Source: a virus
Lineage: Duplodnaviria; Caudoviricetes
Reading direction: 5' to 3' (one strand)
DNA length: 64,000 bases
Virus record (IMG/VR): IMGVR_UViG_3300046009_000910
Coordinates: 129-64,128 of that record
Part shown: piece by piece, positions 35,546 to 46,100 of the stretch
Position numbering within the stretch: position 1 is the first letter of the stretch
Layout: the number at the start of each line of letters is the position of its first letter
The notes under the pieces: generated by a model
Told to the model about the DNA's origin: nothing
Databases searched by the model: none
The model's input: the letters and a program-made list of their open reading frames with translations, nothing else
Translations under genes and position numbers: made by a program

Positions 35546-36204
35546 CAATTAAATGGTCACACTCAGGACTGAAAGATTTTGAGAACTGCCCCCGGCGGTA
35601 TCACGAAGTCAAAGTTCTTAAGAAGTACCCAATGCCTGACACCGAGCAGATCCGGTACGGTAAAGAACTACATAAAGCAGCAGAAGATTACGTACGGGAT
35701 AACGTACCGCTACCGGAACAGTTCTTGTTTGTTAAGCCTACCATTGACGCGTTACTGACAAAGCCCGGGCGTAGATACCCTGAACTTGAGATGGCGCTGA
35801 CTGAAGATCTAACGCCCTGTGAGTTTAAGGCGTCTGAAGTTTGGGTACGGGGTGTGGCTGATTTAGTGATCGTTGATGACGACAATCTGACTGCTTGGGT
35901 GGTGGACTACAAGACCGGCAACAATAAGTACCCAGACATAGGGCAGTTGGAGTTGATGTCGCTGATGGTCTTTGCAAACTTTCCTCACGTGCGTCAGGTC
36001 AACTCAGCGCTTCTGTTCGTAGTCAAGGAGTCGATGGTGAAGTACAAAATGACTATTGACGAAGCACCTGCGGCATGGCAAAGATACAGAGAACGCGTTG
36101 CGAAGCTTGCGGCGTGCCACGATAACGATGTATGGAACCCCAATCAGACACCCTTATGCGGTTGGTGTCCTGTGCGGGGATGTGAGTTTCACCCTAAACA
36201 TTAA
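35542..36204 (+). CDS. PD-(D/E)XK exonuclease (Cas4/RecB-like)
   Basis: SHS..K.FENCP, G..LH, GVADL, VDYKTG, QL, CGWCP...C. Confidence 0.85.
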   Translation: MTIKWSHSGLKDFENCPRRYHEVKVLKKYPMPDTEQIRYGKELHKAAEDYVRDNVPLPEQFLFVKPTIDALLTKPGRRYPELEMALTEDLTPCEFKASEVWVRGVADLVIVDDDNLTAWVVDYKTGNNKYPDIGQLELMSLMVFANFPHVRQVNSALLFVVKESMVKYKMTIDEAPAAWQRYRERVAKLAACHDNDVWNPNQTPLCGWCPVRGCEFHPKH

Positions 36205-36213
36205 GGAGTAATC

Positions 36214-36459
36214 ATGGGAACGCCAGCAAATAAACGCAACTACAAAAAAGAATATGCCGACTATCACGGCACAGACTCACAAATTAAGAAGCGGGGGCAG
36301 CGTGTAAAAGCCAGACGCATGTTGGAGAAAGAAGGCGCGGTCAGTAAGGGTGATGGTAAAGATGTTGATCACAAGACTCCGCTACGTTCAGGTGGTAACA
36401 CAACCAGAAGCAATCTGCGGGTACGTAGCGTTAAGTCAAATCGAGGAGATACTAGATGA
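36214..36459 (+). CDS. HNH-like small protein
   Basis: DVDHKTPLRSGG....NLRV.....NR. Confidence 0.75.
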   Translation: MGTPANKRNYKKEYADYHGTDSQIKKRGQRVKARRMLEKEGAVSKGDGKDVDHKTPLRSGGNTTRSNLRVRSVKSNRGDTR

Positions 36460-36662
36460 ACACCATATCGCCACAGGAACTTGCGAACCTGTGGTACTTG
36501 CATTTTGGAAACGCGTGGGTTACACGTGAAGGGCTGGACGCAGATTGGAAAAACATTAGCAGAGAACTGATGAAAAACAATCTAGCGGATTACGATTTAG
36601 TAAATGATCCGCACCGTTCAACAACAGTTGAAATTATAAAGTTGAAAGAGACATGCAGATAA
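36456..36662 (+). CDS. Hypothetical protein
   Basis: GAGGAG RBS; ATGA coupling. Confidence 0.6.
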   Translation: MNTISPQELANLWYLHFGNAWVTREGLDADWKNISRELMKNNLADYDLVNDPHRSTTVEIIKLKETCR

Positions 36663-38218
36663 TCGAAAACAAAGCGCTATTACTGCGCACACGCAATCCT
36701 GACAAGTACAGCATCATTCCCAAGTCAAAGATTGTTAATGAGTTTGATGATGGCATCTTTGAAGTAGCAGTTAAATGGGGGTTGGATGAAGTACGAGTGC
36801 TTAAAAACCTTGGCGTTAAGAATGTTCCATCGCCAATCACGGCACGCTACGACTGGCCCGGGCGGTTCAAGCCTATGTCGCATCAGATCGAAACGGCTGC
36901 GTTCCTCACGCTACATCGTCGTGCGTTCGTATTTTCAGAACCCGGCACGGGTAAAACACTTTCGGCGTTATGGGCTGCTGATTATTTAATGCGGACAAAA
37001 CAGGTCAGGCGTTGCCTGATCCTGTGCCCCATATCAATCATGCACTCAGCTTGGATCGCAGATTTACAGAACAGCATCATTCACCGCTCTGCAATCATCG
37101 CCCATCACCAACAAGCCGCACGGCGTATTGAGATGGTTCAAGGCGACTACGAGTTTGTCGTAACTAACTACGATGGTCTGAAGCTTATAGCCAACGAGAT
37201 TAACAACGACGGACGATTTGATCTCATCATCGCAGACGAAGCCAACGCTTATAAAAACGTCAGCACAGAACGCTGGAAGGCTCTGCAAAAGATTCTTCGC
37301 CCTGACGTAATGCTGTGGATGATGACCGGAACCCCTGCATCGCAGTCCCCCCTAGATGCGTATGGCTTAGCTAAACTTGTTAACCCTAACGGCGTACCTA
37401 GATTCTACACAGCGTGGCGCGACTCCACGATGAACAAGGTCAGCATGTTTAAGTGGGTTCCAAAGCTCGATGCGCAAGACAAGATTCATGCTGCGCTGCA
37501 ACCGGCAATACGCTTTACAAAAGCACAGTGCTTGGATCTCCCGCCCGTCATTACCGAGAACCGCGATGTGCCCTTGACCCCACAGCAAAAGAAGTACTAC
37601 AACATGCTCAAGGAGCAGATGCTGGTCAGAGCCGCAGGGGAAACCATTACGGCTGTCAACGCCGCCGCAGAGGTCAACAAACTGCTTCAGATCAGCGCTG
37701 GCGCGGCCTACACGGATAACGCGGAGGTAGTAGAATTCGACTGCACGCCAAGACTCTCCGTGCTGATGGAAGCGCTAGAGGAGACGGATCGCAAGGTCTT
37801 AGTATTTGCCCCGTACCGACACAGCATAGATACGATCGCAACGTATCTGGAGCAAAACCAAATTGACTGCGCCCAGATCCACGGCGATGTATCCCCCAAC
37901 AAACGCACCAAAATCTTCAAGCAGTTCCAAGAAGAAGCGAGTCCTCGCGTACTTGTAATCCAGCCACAGGCCGCATCGCATGGCGTAACGCTAACGGCGG
38001 CTGACACGGTTGTGTTCTGGGGTCCAGTAATGTCCACAGAAACCTATATCCAATGCTGCGCGCGGTCCGATCGTAAAGGGCAAGACAGCGACAAGGTAAC
38101 AGTTATACATATTCAAGGTAGTGACATCGAGCGCAAGATGTTTAAGCGTTTGGCTGAACGCGTTGAGGATAACAATATGTTGGTGAAGTTGTATGAGGAG
38201 GTGCTTGACAAAAAGTAA
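36653..38218 (+). CDS. SNF2-like superfamily 2 helicase
   Basis: EPGTGKT, IIADEA, MTGTP, HGVTLTAA, Q...RSDRKGQ. Confidence 0.9.
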   Translation: MQIIENKALLLRTRNPDKYSIIPKSKIVNEFDDGIFEVAVKWGLDEVRVLKNLGVKNVPSPITARYDWPGRFKPMSHQIETAAFLTLHRRAFVFSEPGTGKTLSALWAADYLMRTKQVRRCLILCPISIMHSAWIADLQNSIIHRSAIIAHHQQAARRIEMVQGDYEFVVTNYDGLKLIANEINNDGRFDLIIADEANAYKNVSTERWKALQKILRPDVMLWMMTGTPASQSPLDAYGLAKLVNPNGVPRFYTAWRDSTMNKVSMFKWVPKLDAQDKIHAALQPAIRFTKAQCLDLPPVITENRDVPLTPQQKKYYNMLKEQMLVRAAGETITAVNAAAEVNKLLQISAGAAYTDNAEVVEFDCTPRLSVLMEALEETDRKVLVFAPYRHSIDTIATYLEQNQIDCAQIHGDVSPNKRTKIFKQFQEEASPRVLVIQPQAASHGVTLTAADTVVFWGPVMSTETYIQCCARSDRKGQDSDKVTVIHIQGSDIERKMFKRLAERVEDNNMLVKLYEEVLDKK

Positions 38219-38233
38219 AAGATTGGACAAAAT
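38205..38233 (+). promoter_or_regulatory. Promoter TTGACA-N17-CAAAAT with an operator B site in the spacer
   Basis: AGTAAAAGATTGGACA (38214-29) reads TGTCCAATCTTTTACT on the minus strand. Confidence 0.6.
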
Positions 38234-38260
38234 TGTAAAACATAAAAAGGAGCATATAAG

Positions 38261-38659
38261 ATGGAGAACATACCCCTCGATAAACTTGCAAAGGTTTATC
38301 GCAAGATTCGTGACCGCGTCGGAAAGCTAACGCAAGAGTACGAAACGCAAGTTGAAGAACTCAAAGCGCAACAAGCTGAGATAGCGAACGCGATGAAAGA
38401 CATTCTGATGTCCACAGGACAAAAGAGTGCCAACACCGACGAAGGAACAATCATTCTGGGTACTAAAACACGGTACACCACGAACGATTGGGATTCGTTC
38501 AAGAAGTTTGTACTTGAGCATGAAGTGCCTGAATTATTTGAGCAGCGTATCGCTCAACGCAACATGACTCAGTGGTTGCAAGAAAACCCGACCTTGATTC
38601 CCCCCGGACTAGATCAAGCGACGGAGTACACAGTTACAGTCCGCAAACCTAGTAAGTAA
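38261..38659 (+). CDS. Conserved replication-module protein (coiled coil)
   Basis: DWDSF..FV, PPGL motifs; strong RBS. Confidence 0.7.
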   Translation: MENIPLDKLAKVYRKIRDRVGKLTQEYETQVEELKAQQAEIANAMKDILMSTGQKSANTDEGTIILGTKTRYTTNDWDSFKKFVLEHEVPELFEQRIAQRNMTQWLQENPTLIPPGLDQATEYTVTVRKPSK

Positions 38660-38669
38660 GGAGATGTAC

Positions 38670-39569
38670 ATGAGTAATGTAGTCGCATTTAATCCCGCGC
38701 AAGTCCCAGACTTTGCGAAAAAGGGCGAGTTGTCAGCGCTGGCTAAAACCTTGGCTGGCGGTGGTGGTCAATCTGGTAAACGTATCAGTATCAAGGGCGG
38801 TGTATTCCGTCTGATCTCTGATGGCAAAGAAGTAGCCGCTATTGAGGATCGCTTCCTCGATGTTGTTATTGTCTCTGCCGCATCTAAAATTAGCCGCACC
38901 TACTACGGTGAAGCTTATAACCCTGACACCCCTGCACCCCCGGCATGTTGGTCAGCAGACGGCGAAAAGCCTGATGCTTCGGTCAAAGAACCACAGCATA
39001 TAAACTGTGCTGGCTGTCCGCAGAACATCAAGGGTTCTGGCGCTGGTGAATCCCGTGCCTGCCGGTTCTCGCAACGCTTGGCTGTGGTGCTGGCTAACGA
39101 CGTTGAGGGTGACGTTCTTCAACTGACGCTGCCTGCTACTAGCGTGTTTGGAAAAGAAGATGGCGAGAACCGACCACTTCAGGCGTATGCAAAGTGGCTA
39201 GCTGCCCAAAGCGTTGGCCCTGACATGGTAGTTACCCGTATGAAGTTTGATACCAAGGCGCAGTCACCAAAGCTGTTCTTCAAACCTATGCGTTGGTTGA
39301 CCGACGAGGAGCACGAGGTCTGCGTTAAAAAGGGACAGACGCCTGAAGCCATCAAGGCAATCACGATGACCGTGGCGCAGACTGACAAGACAGTAGAAAA
39401 GCCTATTGCTCTTGAAGGTAAAGCACCCAAGGCCAAAGTTAAACCCAAGGCTGAGGAGTCCGAGGAAGAAGTTGATGAACCCGAGGTGCGTAAGGAGAAG
39501 GAAGCCCCCGCACCCAAGGCCAAAAGCAACCTCGCTAATGTAGTTGCAGACTGGGACACAGACGACTAA
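38670..39569 (+). CDS. Putative ssDNA-binding/annealing protein
   Basis: RISIKGGVF, CWS.DG, C..CP.N..GS, acidic tail ending WDTDD; between helicase and primase. Confidence 0.6.
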   Translation: MSNVVAFNPAQVPDFAKKGELSALAKTLAGGGGQSGKRISIKGGVFRLISDGKEVAAIEDRFLDVVIVSAASKISRTYYGEAYNPDTPAPPACWSADGEKPDASVKEPQHINCAGCPQNIKGSGAGESRACRFSQRLAVVLANDVEGDVLQLTLPATSVFGKEDGENRPLQAYAKWLAAQSVGPDMVVTRMKFDTKAQSPKLFFKPMRWLTDEEHEVCVKKGQTPEAIKAITMTVAQTDKTVEKPIALEGKAPKAKVKPKAEESEEEVDEPEVRKEKEAPAPKAKSNLANVVADWDTDD

Positions 39570-39579
39570 CCTAACGGGC

Positions 39580-39648
39580 GGGGGAAAGCGGAACAAGCGA
39601 ATTCTGGCAGCGTTGGGATTCGGTTGTTGTACACACCGCAAGTACCCC
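39580..39648 (+). ncRNA. Structured RNA hairpin with a GAAA/AAGUA internal loop
   Basis: GGGG-GAAA-GCGG...CCGC-AAGUA-CCCC, with inner AACAA/UUGUU and CGAAU/AUUCG helices. Confidence 0.55.
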
Positions 39649-39658
39649 CATGGATACC

Positions 39659-39940
39659 ATGCCTTACTCACAAAAAATAATCGAAACAATTAACGAAGCG
39701 CCAAAGGGTCTGGGAACAGAACTTGGGCGTTGGGCTGTGCGCCGAGATGTTTCTATGCAGCGTATTAGCCTGATCGTTGGCGCTAGCCGTCAAACGATTT
39801 ACAACTGGTTTACCGGCGTGACCGAAGTAGCACCGTCTTTCAAAGAAAAGGTGGAGAAGGTTATTGCGGTACTTTCTAAAACATCACAAACAGAAGATGC
39901 GTGGAGGACTCTATGTACGACTTTCAACCTAAAGCTCTGA
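39659..39940 (+). CDS. Cro/CI-type HTH protein
   Basis: SMQRISLIVGASRQTIYNWFTG; start is 39650 or 39659. Confidence 0.75.
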   Translation: MPYSQKIIETINEAPKGLGTELGRWAVRRDVSMQRISLIVGASRQTIYNWFTGVTEVAPSFKEKVEKVIAVLSKTSQTEDAWRTLCTTFNLKL

Positions 39941-40083
39941 CAGATCGGGAACTAATTAAGTATGGCAGGCTTTGGTTGGATGATGAACCTCTGCCTGAGA
40001 ACTACCAACGGGAGTTGTTGCTACGTCTTGAAGAACGCTGTGATGAACTCGAAAATGCCTTAGCCAAGATACAGTCCAAATAA
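39913..40083 (+). CDS. Hypothetical protein
   Basis: GGAGG RBS; LTDRELI motif. Confidence 0.55.
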   Translation: MYDFQPKALTDRELIKYGRLWLDDEPLPENYQRELLLRLEERCDELENALAKIQSK

Positions 40084-40095
40084 AGGGAGCACTCT

Positions 40096-42996
40096 ATGCA
40101 ACCGTTAGATTTTCTAGCGGCGGTTCTTCCTTCCTCTGGACCGTACTGCGTCGCTGAGTTCACGACGCCAAAGAAGGAGCACGTTTACGTAGACTCTTTT
40201 GAGGAGTTAATCACTACTGCTGATTTGTTTGCAGTAGCTGGCTCTGAGAAAAAGGATGCGTACTTTGCGTTGGCTAGCTTCAAGGAGAAGGGCAAGCGAA
40301 CGGCTGACAACGCCAAGTTCTTGAAGTCATTGTTTATCGACATTGATATTGGCGAAGGCAAAGACTACTCAGACCGCGAAACAGCAATCGCTGCGTATGA
40401 GAAGTTTATGGAAAGCAGTGGGTTGTCAGAGTTGGGTCAGCCCATCGTGGTGTCGTCTGGCGGTGGCTTTCATATCTATTGGCCTTTGGATGAAGAAGCC
40501 GAAGTCGCCCAGTGGAAACCTGTTGCCGAGAACTTCAAGCGCCTGTGCAAACAGGAAGACTTTCTCATTGACTGGAACTGCACGGCTGATGCGGCTAGGG
40601 TTCTGCGCGTGCCGGGAACGTACAACTACAAAAAGGAAAAGCCCCGCGACGTTAAGATACTTCAGACAGGCGGCGTCTTTTCTTTGTTTACCCTTGACAC
40701 GCACATCAAGTCCAAGCTAAAAGCACCGACCTATGAGAGCACGCTGGCTAGCCTGCCGGGGCAGAAACCAAAAGCCCCTATCAACAGTTCTTCTTTAAAA
40801 CTGTTGGCAGAAAACAATCAGACGCTTTTCAAAAACATCGTGGACAAAACCAAAGCCGGAACAGGCTGCGGTCAGTTAGCGCACTACATCGAAAACGCAA
40901 CCAGTGATGGCATGGAGCCGTTGTGGCGTGGGTTGCTGTCGATCGCGCAGAAGTGCAAAGATGGTGGGAAAGCGGTGATTTGGCTGTCTGAGATGCACCC
41001 CTATGACCCAGACCGCATGGCTCAGAAACTACGGGAAATTAAAGGCCCGTACCCCTGCTTAAAGTTCGACTCTGAGAACCCGGGCGTATGCACAAGCTGT
41101 CCCCATTTTGGCAAGATCACCAACCCCCTAGCCCTTGGGCGGGAACTGATCACGGAAACAGAGGCCAAGGAGATTGAAATAACGCCCCCACAAGCGGCTG
41201 AAGATGACGAGCCTAGCCCGACCATTACCATCCAGCGACCACCGGCGCCAAGGGGCTTTTCTTACGGCAAGAACGGGGCTGTATTTAAGGAGACCAAGAC
41301 CGAGGATGCCGACGGCAACGAGATGAGCAAGCAGGTCATGGTGCTTCCCTTTAGTTTGTTTGTGATAAATATCCTGCGGTTGGAGAACGAGCATATCGTT
41401 CACATGCTGGCGTTGCGCCCGGAAGGGGTCACGGAGATCATGCTGCCCCAGAAAGCCGTGGTGTCCAGCGTGGAGACGGTCAAGTGCCTAGCCGAGCAGA
41501 ACATCATCGCCAGCTACGGGCAGGGCAACGACAAGAACCTGTTTGACTACGTGCGGGCATGCGTTGAAGAAGCTTCGATTGGCAAGCGGGCGATCATCGT
41601 GCCAGACCACTACGGCTGGCAAGACAACAACACTTTTGTGTTCAACGAGCGTATTTACAGCCCCAACAAAGAGCCAACCCACATCCCCATGCGGGGGCTG
41701 GTCAACATAAACAAAGCCTGCGTACCCACAGGATCGCTTGAGAATTGGCAAAAGATCATCAATATGCTGACTGCCAAAAAGCTGCACGAAGTGCTGGCGC
41801 TCAGTCTGGTGGGGTTTGGCGCGCCGTTAATGCGGTACACAGGCTATGCAGGGATTACTTTTCACCTTGGTTCAACAGCCACCGGTACAGGGAAAACCCT
41901 AAGTCTAGAACTGGCTGGCTCAGTCTGGGGGCATCCCAGCCGCTACCGGATTAGCAATTCCACATCCGACGTAGCCATGAAGCAACGCACCGGTATGTTG
42001 TACAGCATGCCCCTGATCTCCGACGAGATCACATCCAAAAACCGCAACGATTTTGAGTGGGTAGCCCACTTCATTTTCGATATGTCTGAGGGTATCGGTA
42101 AAAGTCGTATGGAATCAGGCGCAGACAAAGAACGTGAGAACAAAACCTACTGGCATACGATGGCGTTGCTGTCCTCCAATACGCACATCATGGACTACCT
42201 GACCGGCGCAAGAAAGCATACGTCAGAGGGTGAGACACAGCGGGTGCTTGAGTTGACGCTAGAGAAAAAGCTTAGCTGGGAAACCCATGAACTAGAAACT
42301 TTAAAGTTACTGAAAACAACCTATGGCGTAGCGGGGCACATTTACGCGCAGTACCTAGTTGATCACGAAAGCGAAATACCGGAGTTGATGGCGCAGGTTG
42401 AGACCAAGGTTCGCAAAGAATTTAATTTCAGAGACGATGAGCGCTTTTGGATCGCAGGCTGTACTTCACTAGTAACCGGTGCTTTGCTGGCATCCAAGGC
42501 TGGCATCGCTAAGTTCCCGATGGAGGGCATCACGCGGGTTTTAAAAGGTATGGTGGATAACGCCAAGAACATGGTCAAAGATAACGTGCGCTGTGCAGAA
42601 GATGTACTTAACTCCTATACCCGTGAGTACTACGGCAAGATGGTGGTGGTCAAAGCGCTTGAGGGTGCATTGGCTGCGTCTATTGGTGAGGAAGGCGTCA
42701 TAGATCAAAGCATTACCCGTAGTGAAATCTTTGGGCGCGTTGAACATAACGTAACCCCCGGGCATGTGGATTACTACATTGAGGAGCAGTTGCTTAAGAA
42801 GTATTGCTCTGGCATGAGTTTTGGTTACTCCGACTTTAAGAAGCAGTTAGAGGCTGTGTACAACGTAACGTACTTAAAGAAAGACCTGATGAGCAAAACC
42901 AAAGGTCCACAGATGCGTGTCAACGCTATGAGAATATCCCGGCGAGTAACCCCAGATGACGAAGTTAGCAATCCAATATCCTTGGTCACGACTTGA
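40096..42996 (+). CDS. Primase (AEP-like) fused to a DUF927/SF3-like helicase
   Basis: IDID, SSGGGFHIYW, D.ARVLRVPGT.N, C...C..C, Walker A STATGTGKT, ISDE. Confidence 0.85.
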   Translation: MQPLDFLAAVLPSSGPYCVAEFTTPKKEHVYVDSFEELITTADLFAVAGSEKKDAYFALASFKEKGKRTADNAKFLKSLFIDIDIGEGKDYSDRETAIAAYEKFMESSGLSELGQPIVVSSGGGFHIYWPLDEEAEVAQWKPVAENFKRLCKQEDFLIDWNCTADAARVLRVPGTYNYKKEKPRDVKILQTGGVFSLFTLDTHIKSKLKAPTYESTLASLPGQKPKAPINSSSLKLLAENNQTLFKNIVDKTKAGTGCGQLAHYIENATSDGMEPLWRGLLSIAQKCKDGGKAVIWLSEMHPYDPDRMAQKLREIKGPYPCLKFDSENPGVCTSCPHFGKITNPLALGRELITETEAKEIEITPPQAAEDDEPSPTITIQRPPAPRGFSYGKNGAVFKETKTEDADGNEMSKQVMVLPFSLFVINILRLENEHIVHMLALRPEGVTEIMLPQKAVVSSVETVKCLAEQNIIASYGQGNDKNLFDYVRACVEEASIGKRAIIVPDHYGWQDNNTFVFNERIYSPNKEPTHIPMRGLVNINKACVPTGSLENWQKIINMLTAKKLHEVLALSLVGFGAPLMRYTGYAGITFHLGSTATGTGKTLSLELAGSVWGHPSRYRISNSTSDVAMKQRTGMLYSMPLISDEITSKNRNDFEWVAHFIFDMSEGIGKSRMESGADKERENKTYWHTMALLSSNTHIMDYLTGARKHTSEGETQRVLELTLEKKLSWETHELETLKLLKTTYGVAGHIYAQYLVDHESEIPELMAQVETKVRKEFNFRDDERFWIAGCTSLVTGALLASKAGIAKFPMEGITRVLKGMVDNAKNMVKDNVRCAEDVLNSYTREYYGKMVVVKALEGALAASIGEEGVIDQSITRSEIFGRVEHNVTPGHVDYYIEEQLLKKYCSGMSFGYSDFKKQLEAVYNVTYLKKDLMSKTKGPQMRVNAMRISRRVTPDDEVSNPISLVTT

Positions 42997-43153
42997 ACGA
43001 GGTCAGGGCTTTTTTGTTCCTAGCCTAGATACAGAAAAGACGCGAGAAGAAGGACTCCGGGCCGCAGTTAGTGCCCGGAGGTTTGACGCCAAAGCTTATG
43101 TCGGTGTAATTAACGGGCGGCTTGGCGTTCTATTTGTTCGCGGACCACTTTGA
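42956..43153 (+). CDS. Small conserved protein
   Basis: YPWSRLERGQGFFVP motif. Confidence 0.6.
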   Translation: MTKLAIQYPWSRLERGQGFFVPSLDTEKTREEGLRAAVSARRFDAKAYVGVINGRLGVLFVRGPL

Positions 43154-46100
43154 AGTTTTGAGCCATGTCGATCTTGACTTGGCGTAGTTGGTCCAACTGC
43201 TTGCGCTTTTCTTCCGGACCCATCTGCGATGACGGTGCTGCTTTGATGGCACGCTCAGCCTTGGTAATCTCACCCATGCGCTGACGGAAAGCCCCAGCGT
43301 AACCAGCCATACCAATGTCACCAATGTTCTTCTTAATGTAATCCTGCGCTTCTTGCAGTTTGCCTTCCTCAATGAGCCGCTTGTACGTACCCTGCTTTTG
43401 CTGAACTTCCTTCACAGACTCAAAGGCTTCATTGATTACGCGCCCAGCGTCGTTAGGCTGGAACAGGCCACCAACTAACGGCATCTCAGATACTCGACCT
43501 TCGACTGCGCCTGCCTCGGCTCCGGTCTTCAGCACAGGGTTAGCAATACTTAGTATGCCCACGCCCAAAGCACCGGTGTAGCCACGAATAATATTCTCAG
43601 CCTGAACAGGCGATAAACCAAGCAACTCCAACACAGGGGCGACAGCCTTGAGAACTTCAGGCGTCTTGTCACGATACTGGAACTGTTTCTCAACGCCTTC
43701 CAATCTAGAATCTACGATGTCCCGTCCAGTAAAGAATGATCTGTTGAGCGCCGTCTCAATAAACGGTTTGATGGCTGTTGGCACTGGTACACCAGCGTCG
43801 GCTGGGTTGCCGGGTAGTGAACGGAGCAACTGCATACCTAAATCTTTAGCAACCTTGCTGCCTTTCTCGTCACTAAACGCTGCGTTGTATACGCCTTCCG
43901 GTACGGCCTTAAAGAGCAGACCAACTTCAAACGGGATCGGCACACGGAACGGCTCGTCAAAGCCCGGGATACGAACAAACCAGTTGCCATAACGCTGCTC
44001 TGGCTCTGCGTTCTTATAGGCTTCGTCGTCCTGCATCATCGCGGCATAGGCCATGGTGAGAAGCGCCATCATGCCGCCACGGACTAACAACTTCTTCTGG
44101 ACCTGAAGCTTTTGCTCATACGGCATCTGTCCTGTAAACGCACGGTACAGAACGTCAATACCTTGGATACCGGCGTTGAAGAACGGGATGGTTGCGTTCA
44201 GGAAGTAGATACTTGGCGATACCCCACGGCGACCAAAGTTCATGGACTCAAGCGCCGCCAGTGTGGCCTCACGCTCCGACAAACCCTGTTTCAGGAACGA
44301 GTTGTACATAGCCATGCGAGTACCGGCATCACCCTTCATAGCGATAGAGTCCAGCTTAGCCATCGCCAAATCCCACCCGGGCTTACCAGCAGCAATCTGC
44401 TGCATGATCTTCGCCATATCTTCAGGAGCGCCAGTAATTACCTGACCGCCCAGTACACCCCGGCGCTGCAGCTTTTCAAAAGTCTCGCTGCCCTTGCCAT
44501 ACATCTTAACAATCTCACCCATGGTATCGACCACAGGCTTCATATTGGCTCCGGTTGTCAGCGTGGCTGCTAAAGAATCACGGAAGATCTGACGTACTGC
44601 GTAGCGTGGATCGCGGGTAACAAACTTACGTAGCCAGTTAGCAGGCGTAGCCAGTGCGCGGACCGCACCCGGAACGATAACCTTGATACCCTCCATACCC
44701 TTAACAACTAAGTCAGAGGGGATGTCACCAAAAATGTCTTCTTTTGCTTGGGTGTTGATTACTGCATACTTTTTGCGGTGAACGATCTTGCCGTCTTTGT
44801 CTTTCTCGTCCATGCTAAAACGAATGATGTTTGAAGCGGCGGGGCCATCACCGTTATGGATTTCAGCAACACCAAGGTCCATCAAAGTAAACGCAGCGTT
44901 TCTGGTAGCCAGATTACGCAGTGCCATGTCGGTCAACAGGCTGGTGTTTTGAAGCGACGAGGTAAAGAAGTCCATGATGGCTTCATCGCCACCAACAAGT
45001 TCTTGTAAGTAGGGTTGAGATTTAATGTCACCAATACGGATCGGGTTTTCAGAACCAATAATAAGTTCTACGTTACCCCCACGCATACGGTAGAACGGCA
45101 CGTAGTCATTGGTCTTAGAGAGCCGCGCACCTTCTTCCTTACTCAGTGCGCCAGTCTGTACGGCAAACTCAATCAGGCCACGGTTGTAATCGTTGTACAG
45201 CTCCCGGGCTTTCTGAAATGCTTTACCGGTTGCGGTGCTTTCGTTTTTACCTAGTGCAAGCACACGATCTAACTCAGCCTTGGTGATCTTGCCGCCAAAG
45301 TTTAGCTTCTCAATGCCAACCCGCTGCGCACGCTCAGCAGCCAGATACAGCGTAAACAAACGACCTGTGGCTTCAGCGTTACCCACACCAGCGCCTAACA
45401 ATGCTTGGGAAACATCTTTCAAGCTAGCGCCGCGCTCAGACTCAATAATCTTTTCAGTACGTCCGTCAGGGCGTTTCACATCCTTAAGCTTCAAGGCTCC
45501 GTTATTGGCAATTTCTGCCACAAACGAATGACGCTGGTCAGCCATACGGGCAAAGTACATCATGTCTTGGGCTTTCAGGGAGTCAATGATCCCTTTCTCC
45601 ACACCCTTTTTACTTAATGCTTCCAGTGCAGCAAAGCGATCCACGAACTGCACCCTAGCCGCCAAACCCGTAGCGTTGGCTTTAATGCCATCCCACATAC
45701 CCTGTTGACGACCTACAATCTTGTCAGTCATTTCACCAAGATCTTCCATGCCGGGGTTGTATTTAGTTGCCCCCAACCGGAAAGCTACGTCGTCATCACC
45801 CTTCTTGTACGCAATAGCTTTGCCTTCTTCAAAAGACTTGTTGGCTTGCTTCATCATATAGAACAGGTCAGACGTAGAAAAGTCCATGTCCATGCCAAGC
45901 TTCTTGAAGAACGCTCGTACTGCGCCAACCAGTTCTTGCAACCAGCGCTTAGCTTTGGCTAAGAAGTCTTGGTCAACCCGCTTCTCCATGGTGTAAGCGA
46001 TGATCTCGCGCAAACCTTTGGTCTTTGCAATACGACGAACATCTTTCTCGCTGATCTTACCTTCAGCCAAATCTTGAGCGTAGAACTTACCGGCACTGGC

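Noticed and set aside
36214-36459. HNH as a mobile homing endonuclease or intron marker
   Set aside because: Short free-standing gene with its own RBS; flanking genes are uninterrupted.
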